The position numbers and the translations under genes were made by a program. The notes under the pieces are model-generated. The model did not search any database and was not told the origin of the DNA. It saw nothing but the letters and a program-made list of their open reading frames with translations. 57,437 bases of DNA from Synechococcus sp. (GTDB lineage: Bacteria > Cyanobacteriota > Cyanobacteriia > Thermostichales > PCC-7336), in NCBI GenBank assembly GCA_051439605.1, contig JBFRWN010000021.1, forward strand, positions 1 to 57,437, written 5' to 3'. Positions 51,079 to 57,437 of this stretch are shown one piece after another. The stretch's first letter is position 1. Each line of letters starts with the position of its first letter.

Positions 51079-52392
51079 CTACAGATCGCGGTGAGTAAAG
51101 GAACGGGCATCAGTCCCGCTGTAGGTGGCCACAATATGTCCATCCCCTTCCAACAGATATTTGTAGGTAACCAGCCCTTCCATTCCTACTGGCCCGCGAG
51201 GAGGCAGTTTCTGGGTACTAATCCCCACCTCTGCTCCAAAGCCATAGCGGAAACCATCTGAGAAACGGGTAGAGGCATTGTGGAACACTCCCGCTGCATC
51301 TACTGAATTCATGAAGTCTTCAGCTGCAGTTGCGTCCTCCGTCACAATTGCCTCGGTATGTCGCGAACCATACTCCTCGATATGGGCAATGGCGTCTGCC
51401 ATCGAGTCCACAACCTTCACCGAGAGAACTAAATCGCCATATTCCGTTTCCCAGTCGACATCGCAGGCGGGTACCATTTCGACGATTGCTCTGGCGCGAT
51501 CGCATCCCCGCACTTCCACCCCCTCCGCCTGTAGGGCATTAAGGACGCGAGGCATAAACTCAGCCGCCACATCCGCATGTACTAACAGAGTCTCTAAGGC
51601 ATTGCAAGCTGCCGGATAGTTGACTTTGGAATCCACGATCAGAGGAACCGCTTTCGCTAGGTCAGCCGAGCGATCGACGAAGGCGTGACAGATTCCATCT
51701 GCATGGCCCAGAACGGGAATCTTGGTGTTGTCTTGGACGTAGCGAACGAATGAATTAGAACCGCGGGGAATCACGAGATCGATGAGGTCATCCAGCGCTA
51801 GTAGAGCTTGCGTTTCCTCCCGAGTGGTCAACAAGCTGACGCTCGCAGTGGGAATTCCTCGAACTTCTAGAGCAGAATGAATCACCTCTACCAGCATGCG
51901 ACAGGAGTTAACGGCTTCCTTGCCACCCTTCAACACCACACCGTTGCCAGTTTTTAGAGCCAGTGACGAAATCTGAGTTACCGCATCAGGGCGTGACTCG
52001 AAGATAATCCCCAGCACTCCTAGAGGCGTGCTCTTACGGTGCAAGACCAGTCCCTGGTCCAGTTCCCGCGACCAGTGCAACTTTCCGACCGGGTCCGCCA
52101 ATCGCATGACATCCCGCACACCAGCAGCCATGGTAACAATTTTGTTAGGAGTTAATTTCAGTCGTGCGTAGGCTGCAGCGGACAGACTGCCCTCTGTAAC
52201 CATGAGCGAGGCCGCCTCCAAATCCTGCTTGTTCGCCGCTAAGATATCTGCGCTGCGGGCCTCCAAAGCATCGGCGATCGCCGCTAATGCGGCATCCTTT
52301 ATTTCTGTGGGCAAAACCGCCAGTTTCCGGGCTGCTTGGCGGGTAGCTCCCACCTGTTCCCGCAGGTTGATATCGAGTGTAGTGGCAGACAT
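51079..52392 (-). CDS. proA: Gamma-glutamyl phosphate reductase
   Basis: [48 protein letters not shown]. Confidence 0.96.
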   Translation of the reverse strand: MSATTLDINLREQVGATRQAARKLAVLPTEIKDAALAAIADALEARSADILAANKQDLEAASLMVTEGSLSAAAYARLKLTPNKIVTMAAGVRDVMRLADPVGKLHWSRELDQGLVLHRKSTPLGVLGIIFESRPDAVTQISSLALKTGNGVVLKGGKEAVNSCRMLVEVIHSALEVRGIPTASVSLLTTREETQALLALDDLIDLVIPRGSNSFVRYVQDNTKIPVLGHADGICHAFVDRSADLAKAVPLIVDSKVNYPAACNALETLLVHADVAAEFMPRVLNALQAEGVEVRGCDRARAIVEMVPACDVDWETEYGDLVLSVKVVDSMADAIAHIEEYGSRHTEAIVTEDATAAEDFMNSVDAAGVFHNASTRFSDGFRYGFGAEVGISTQKLPPRGPVGMEGLVTYKYLLEGDGHIVATYSGTDARSFTHRDL

Positions 52393-52551
52393 GAGAGGGT
52401 TCTGAACTTGAAAGGACCGAAGCAACTGTCAGGCAGCGAGACAGTCAGGAGAGACAGTAGCAGAAAAGGACATTTGCATCACTACCCTAGCTGCTACGAG
52501 TCAAGAGACTTTAATTCTACTCAGGTGAACTCGCTTTTGAAGACCTGAATA

Positions 52552-53043
52552 TTACTGCCACTCGTTAGCCAGACGGACAAAGTCGCCGAGGTTAGCCCGG
52601 GGATGGCAGTTGAGACAGCCGGTCGGTTTAACGGTCTCCACAAATTCCACATCGGGATGTAAAGCGTTAAAAAAGCGAGAATTTTTCAATCGATAGGGAA
52701 TTTGTTCATCGTCTCGGCGGGGACGAGAAAAATCCTGTAAAAACTTCCAAGCAGCTGGCAGAAATGGCTCCTGAAGTACCTCGATCTGCACACCGTAATG
52801 ATCTGCGGATTGCAGCAAGATGCGCCAAGTCTCTCTTGGCATGACCTCGGGGGGAAGGGCTGTATGACAGCTGCCACAGGCTTCCACATACACCTGAGCG
52901 CCAAACCGATAACCCTCTGCCCACTCGGGAACTGCGTTATCCTCCTGCGCCTGCAACCCCCACCCCAATCCCAGGGCCACGATTGCCGAGAGGACAATAG
53001 CTAGCCAGCGAGAGCGACGGATTGAACCAGCGGTGTGGTTCAT
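52552..53043 (-). CDS. Diheme cytochrome c (DHC family)
   Basis: N-terminal hydrophobic signal; CGSCH and CLNCH heme motifs; start MNHTAG 2 bp after the ffh stop. Confidence 0.85.
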   Translation of the reverse strand: MNHTAGSIRRSRWLAIVLSAIVALGLGWGLQAQEDNAVPEWAEGYRFGAQVYVEACGSCHTALPPEVMPRETWRILLQSADHYGVQIEVLQEPFLPAAWKFLQDFSRPRRDDEQIPYRLKNSRFFNALHPDVEFVETVKPTGCLNCHPRANLGDFVRLANEWQ

Positions 53044-53045
53044 CG

Positions 53046-54518
53046 TTAACCTCCAAATCCCTTGCGGCCGCCACCTTTTTTCTTGTTCTTCTTTTTCTTG
53101 GGACGACCCGAACGATTTCCCCGCCAACCAGGGCCAGCAGCGGCAGAGGGGGCTCCACCTCCAGGCCTCCCGCCCCCCATTCCCGGCATTCCCATTCCCG
53201 GCATTCCCATTCCCGGGAATCCTCCCATGCGTCCCATCTGCCCCATCATGTCCCGCATCCTCTGGAAATCCCCCACAAGTTTGGTCACATCCCCCATCGT
53301 ATGGCCCGACCCCGCAGCCACTCGACGCTTGCGGCTGGCGCTGCGGGCTAACAAATCTGGGTTGCGGCGTTCTTCGCGGGTCATGGAATTAATCATTGCC
53401 TCAGACCGCGCCAGTTGAGCTTGACCCTTCTGCAGCTGATCGTCACTGAGCTTATTCATGCCAGGGACCATCTTCATCAGCCCCCCCAATGCCCCCATAT
53501 TTTTAATCAGGCGCATTTGCTTGAGAAAGTCCGTGAAGTCAAACTGCGCAGAGAGCATCTTCTCTGTCATGGCCTGCGCATCGGACATGTCAATTTCGTC
53601 CTGTGCCTTCTCCACCAGCGTCAGGATGTCCCCCATACCCAAAATCCGCGAGGCCATCCGCTCGGGATAGAAGGGATCCAGGGCCTCAACTTTCTCACCA
53701 GTACCGATGAACTTAATCGGTTGGCCAGATACCTGCCGGACCGAGAGGGCGGCACCACCGCGGGTGTCACCGTCCATCTTAGTTAAAATTGCCCCTGTAA
53801 CCCCAACGCGGTTATGAAATTCGCGGGTGAGGTTTGCTGCCTCCTGACCGGTCATGGCATCCACCACCAGCAAAGTTTCGTCAGGGTTGATGGTGGCCTT
53901 AACTTGCTCTAGTTCTGCCATCATGGTCTGGTCGATTTGTAATCGCCCAGCCGTATCTACAATGACGGTGTCAAATCCTTCTGCTCGAGCCTTAGCGACC
54001 CCTTGTTTGGCAATTTCTACCGGGTTGGTTTTGCCTAGGTCGAAGACTGGGATATCAATTTGCTCTCCCAGAGTTTTCAACTGTTCGATCGCAGCTGGCC
54101 GGTAAATATCTCCAGCCACGAGCAAAGTTTTCTTATTCTGCTTGCGTAAATAAAGGGCGAGCTTGGCCGACGCAGTCGTTTTACCTGTCCCCTGTAAACC
54201 AGCCATGAGAATAACAGTTGGGCCTTCAGTCGCTTCGTTCAGGGGGGCATTGGCTTCCCCCATCACCTTGACCAACTCGTCATTGACGATTTTGATGAAC
54301 TGCTGATCGGGGGTAACCCCCATAATCACGTTGGCCCCAAGTGCAGCTTCCCGCACGTCCTCTACGAATAGCTTTACTACCTGCAGGTTGACGTCAGCTT
54401 CCAGCAGGGCACGACGCACGTCTCGCAGCGCGTCCTTGATATTGCTTTCCGTGATTTTGTCTTGACCGCGCAGTTTTTTCCAGGCGGCTTCTAATTGGTC
54501 GGAAAGAGCGTCAAACAT
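53046..54518 (-). CDS. ffh: Signal recognition particle protein
   Basis: ALLEADV, GLQGTGKTT, DTAGR, TKMDGD.RGG, M domain. Confidence 0.98.
   Translation of the reverse strand: MFDALSDQLEAAWKKLRGQDKITESNIKDALRDVRRALLEADVNLQVVKLFVEDVREAALGANVIMGVTPDQQFIKIVNDELVKVMGEANAPLNEATEGPTVILMAGLQGTGKTTASAKLALYLRKQNKKTLLVAGDIYRPAAIEQLKTLGEQIDIPVFDLGKTNPVEIAKQGVAKARAEGFDTVIVDTAGRLQIDQTMMAELEQVKATINPDETLLVVDAMTGQEAANLTREFHNRVGVTGAILTKMDGDTRGGAALSVRQVSGQPIKFIGTGEKVEALDPFYPERMASRILGMGDILTLVEKAQDEIDMSDAQAMTEKMLSAQFDFTDFLKQMRLIKNMGALGGLMKMVPGMNKLSDDQLQKGQAQLARSEAMINSMTREERRNPDLLARSASRKRRVAAGSGHTMGDVTKLVGDFQRMRDMMGQMGRMGGFPGMGMPGMGMPGMGGGRPGGGAPSAAAGPGWRGNRSGRPKKKKNKKKGGGRKGFGG
53176..53216 (+). repeat. 15-bp tandem repeat (about 2.7 copies) encoding the Ffh PGMGM tail
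   Basis: CCCATTCCCGGCATT x2 followed by CCCATTCCCGG. Confidence 0.8.
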
Positions 54519-54656
54519 TGTGGATTGGGGACAACTCGAACACAGCTTTTTTAGGATAGCCTGCTGAGCATTGGGCAGTTAACTTCACTGTCATTTTCCT
54601 GAAGACGAAATCGAGCGAGAACGCGAGAAATGGGAAATCGTCGACCCGCTAAAAAA

Positions 54657-55340
54657 CTTCCGTGAGAAGGACAATTCTTGTCAAGTCCGACGTGGCGGGC
54701 ACATTTGCTTCGCGCTGGGTCAACCCAATAGGCTTCCATCCGCACTCTGTTGACTTCACCTTGAGGTCGGTGCACGCTGAGGTTCGTGGTACTTCCATCT
54801 TTTGATCGACCTCTAACGGCCAAGGTTTTGTTCGCAGTTACCCGAAGGCAGGGTTTTCTCCCAGGTAAAAGCGTCACTCATTGGCGATCGCCGAAGTCCT
54901 AGGCGGCTGTTTCGGCTCTTGGGTCTCCAAGGAGCGGCTCGTAGGTTTCTCCCGTCAGCCAAAGATGGTGCAGCACTATAGCCAACTTGCGGGCTACGGC
55001 TACGACAGCCCGCTTTTTCGCGGCTTTTCCACCACGCTGCGACAAGGGTAGACAGAACCGACGCAAGTGTGTGTCAGGACCAAATGGCCCCAGAATGTAG
55101 TGCGCTGCTCCTATCAACAGTTTCCGCAAAAGCTTATCTCCTCCCTTTGCAATGTTCATTTGTGGATGCCTCTCTCCGGATTCCCGTAAGTGAGGAAGCA
55201 GACCGAGGGAGGCTCCGACCGAACAGCTGTTAGGGAAGCGCAGCGGTTCCTCCCTCCTTTGGGATTGAGAATCCCGTAATTCCTAAACTGGGGATATAAC
55301 CATCCTCCCTTTTGGAAGGTTGGCCTTCTCATCTCATCTT
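54657..55340 (-). mobile_element. Internally deleted IS110-family (IS1111-type) element with both ends
   Basis: Sub-terminal inverted repeats GTGAGAAGGACAA (54662-54674) and TTGGCCTTCTCAT (55320-55332), 11/13 complementary; outward-facing TTGACA (54679-54684, minus strand); about 240-bp 3' non-coding end. Confidence 0.72.
54899..55252 (-). pseudogene. IS110 transposase C-terminal fragment
   Basis: RFPNSCSVGASLGLLP..RESG...IAKGGDKLLRKLLIGAA...KKRAVVAVARKLAIVLHHLW; the N-terminal DEDD/RuvC domain is missing. Confidence 0.88.
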
Positions 55341-55456
55341 TTTTGCAAGGGGTCTAGTCCATGTAATTTGCGGTAGTCTACAGTAGTTGCAATCCCATGA
55401 CACCCTCTTGGGATAAGGAGATGAAGGCTAAAACCCTGGCACCACCTTGCATCCAA

Positions 55457-55486
55457 GCGCCCGTAGCTCAGTGGATAGAGCATCTG
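55457..55486 (+). pseudogene. 5' fragment of a tRNA gene (probably tRNA-Arg)
   Basis: GCGCCCGTAGCTCAGTGGATAGAGCATCTG gives the acceptor 5' strand and complete D-arm (GCTC/GAGC), then diverges with no anticodon arm, T-arm or 3' acceptor strand. Confidence 0.75.
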
Positions 55487-55689
55487 TTGGGGAGTACGGG
55501 AAATTGACACCAATCAAGGCTTTCAGGATGCGCCACAGTTTATGTGGCATATTTTGTATCACAATCAAGAGCGGTTTATTTGCGATCAGCCGAAGTATCC
55601 TCTCAATCCTTTGATGAATATGGCTTCTGAGGTTGATTGCTCTGCTTTGCTCCAAAGGTGGCCAGTAAATATTAAAAGATGAAGGATTC

Positions 55690-57419
55690 GGTTAGCACGC
55701 ACAAGCGATGGGATCAGCAGTTTACAGCGAGGGGTAAGACTTGGTGTTTCTGCCAATAGAGGTCCTATGCCTGATTGAGAGTCAATGTTTTGAGAGCGGC
55801 TAGAGCATCGGCAGTCGCTGCACTCCGATGCATGCCATGATTGTTCTGCCGACGAGCGACAATCAGATCGCAGGCCTTTTCCGCATGAGCGCTGCCAATG
55901 TATTTCTGGTGAAGCCAGCGCTGTTGATAGTTGACGATGTAAGATGTTCGGGCCTTAAGGTAGCCAATCAATTCCTCCAATGCTTCTATATTTTTGGCGT
56001 GGGAGCGACAAGCTTCTAATTGTTCGATCGCCTCATCCACCTGTCCTCGCCACAGCGAAGCATTCAACCCTCGCCGTAGCTTTTGCTTCTGCTCACGAGT
56101 GGAGCAGATTCTCCCGACGAAGTCCGAACACTTGTGACGCAAGTGATACCAGTCAAGCAGGTGTTCCTTACGCTCCCATCCAGCCAAGCGCTGCTCGAAG
56201 AAGTTGCGAATCCAGCGAGCACCATCCCCCAACAAGGTCAGCCAGCCGCAGACCCCACCACATACCAGGAGCATCCAATAGAGTTGTTCGAGCAGGGCAT
56301 TTCCCCGGCCACTGAAGTAACGATATCCTTGTTGAGTGCTGACCTTGGCTACTCTCAGACTCAACCACTGAGAGGGCTCTGGTTTTCGGACCAACACGTC
56401 ATCGGTCGCAGCCAGGATTTGGTCAGTCTGGATTTCCGGTCCTAACTTTCGCAGCTTGTCAGCAGACAACGGCTCACCTTCATCTCGACGAGCAGTGAGA
56501 ACCCGTTACCAATCAGCGGTTTTGACCCCTTCTGGAGGATGAGGGTCTTGTTCGTCCAGGGCTTGTTGAACCGCCTCTGTCAGTTCTGCCGGCAAGGCGG
56601 CGGCTCGTCGAGGGTCGTTTTCTGGCACCAACAATATGGGCTTGAGATGCCTGAGGTCGCTCAGCTGGCTTAAGGCTTCCACTTGTTTGGCTTCGGCTCG
56701 CCGAATCTGTTGGCCATGGCGGCGCACCAGCTGTCTCAATTCCGTGGTGGAGAGTACTTTAGCCTCTTGGGTTTGCCATCCCAGCAATCTCTGGGTTGTC
56801 GCAAACGGAAGGTCTTTCGAGAATAGACATGCCATTTCTTGGAGGTTTCGGGTAATAATCGTTCCGTTATGCTCTGGCAGTAGCTCATTCCCGGGAATCG
56901 TATGTCGGTTGTCTCCCTGGTGATAGCAGACCTGACGCCGGAGGTTCACTATCCCTAGCCGGCACGCAACTTGCTGAGTATCAAATCCGTCCTCTCTCAC
57001 TACTCCGGGGGGGAGAACGATGCTTGTATTGGGTGACCAGCATCCGATCGAGCTCTTCCCACTGAGCACTCAATAACTGTCGTTCCACCTCCCTGCATAT
57101 TTTCAATGTCTCGCTTTCCAGTTGGTCTAAGGCGGTTTGTGGCTAGAGCTGGGAAGGATCGGCTGCAGGAAGGTCAAGACTGTGGAGTTCTGTCATCGTC
57201 TCCACACCGTTGCTCTCCTCTACCTGGCAGATGAGTACGCGCAAATGGCTCATGGGCTTTCTCCTCACCTTGAAGTGGCTGACTGGCCCTTACAAGCTAA
57301 CAGCTACTCTCGGTAGTCCTAGACAAGTAAGGATGCGTTGTAGTTGTGGACAAACATCCAGATAGCTCCGATATGATTCTCGAGCTTTTTGGAAAAGGAG
57401 AGGGTTTTGCGTACCAAGC
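55690..57419 (-). mobile_element. Decayed ISKra4-like insertion sequence
   Basis: Imperfect terminal IRs GGTTAGCACGCACAA (55690-55704) and TTTTGCGTACCAAGC (57405-57419), 11/15; encloses a transposase pseudogene; no clear target duplication. Confidence 0.65.
55714..57253 (-). pseudogene. ISKra4-like transposase pseudogene (two-part, frameshifted, three premature stops)
   Basis: GDGARWIR, LDWYHL, IGSAHAEK..D.IVARRQ motifs; RBS GAGGAG before ATG 57253; in-frame stops at 57143-57145, 56506-56508 and 55765-55767 (the frame continues DLYWQKHQVLPL to TGA at 55714); C7 run at 57007-57013 at the frame switch. Confidence 0.82.
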
Positions 57420-57437
57420 GTGAAACTCGCTGGCGCA

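Larger units (their letters stand above)
1..57437. repeat. HIP1 octamer GCGATCGC dispersed throughout the window
   Basis: Very frequent, e.g. 646-653 and 843-850; a hallmark of many cyanobacterial genomes. Confidence 0.9.

Noticed and set aside
53176..53216. Tandem repeat as a CRISPR or contingency locus
   Set aside because: In-frame 15-bp repeat encoding the common Gly/Met/Pro Ffh tail; no spacers.
54551..54877. 108-aa ORF
   Set aside because: Runs through the IS110 non-coding end and across its boundary; likely spurious.
55428..55655. 75-aa ORF; also considered an intron-split tRNA or a CAST homing spacer
   Set aside because: The ORF is antisense to the tRNA fragment; the break is not in the anticodon loop; no CRISPR repeat or Tn7 end repeats are visible.
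1..57437. CRISPR arrays, rRNA, complete tRNAs, prophage or defence genes
   Set aside because: None seen by eye.

Overview
Cyanobacterial chromosomal segment: the HIP1 octamer GCGATCGC is dense and NusB, thioredoxin, phosphoketolase and RcaC-like proteins are cyanobacterial in type. About 1.4-18.7 kb is a Wzx/Wzy-dependent exopolysaccharide locus (wza, kinase-less wzc, wzy, pssD/pssE, STAS-fused priming glycosyltransferase, GT2, wzx, GT4) with an embedded signalling module. That module comprises a secreted, Cys-free sulfite-oxidase-fold protein resembling the Agrobacterium pterin receptor PruR, a hybrid histidine kinase whose periplasmic domain has a W-x7-E motif, a CheY-like regulator and an RcaC-like OmpR regulator. 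An 11-bp-period direct repeat (TTCYYY-N5-TTYACY-like) recurs upstream of several EPS genes, and an unannotated 54-aa ORF with a strong RBS sits in the locus. 24.9-29.1 kb is a fimT-pilV-pilW-pilX minor pilin cluster with unusual C-terminal domains. The rest is mainly housekeeping (sppA, trx, nusB, phosphoketolase, bioF, prmA, rsmE, rsmA, rpmI-rplT, proA, ffh) plus an FHA-PAS-GGDEF-EAL gene. The right end has an internally deleted IS110/IS1111-type element that keeps both ends and its 3' non-coding region, a 5' tRNA fragment, and a decayed ISKra4-like element. All calls come from reading motifs by eye; no searches were run.
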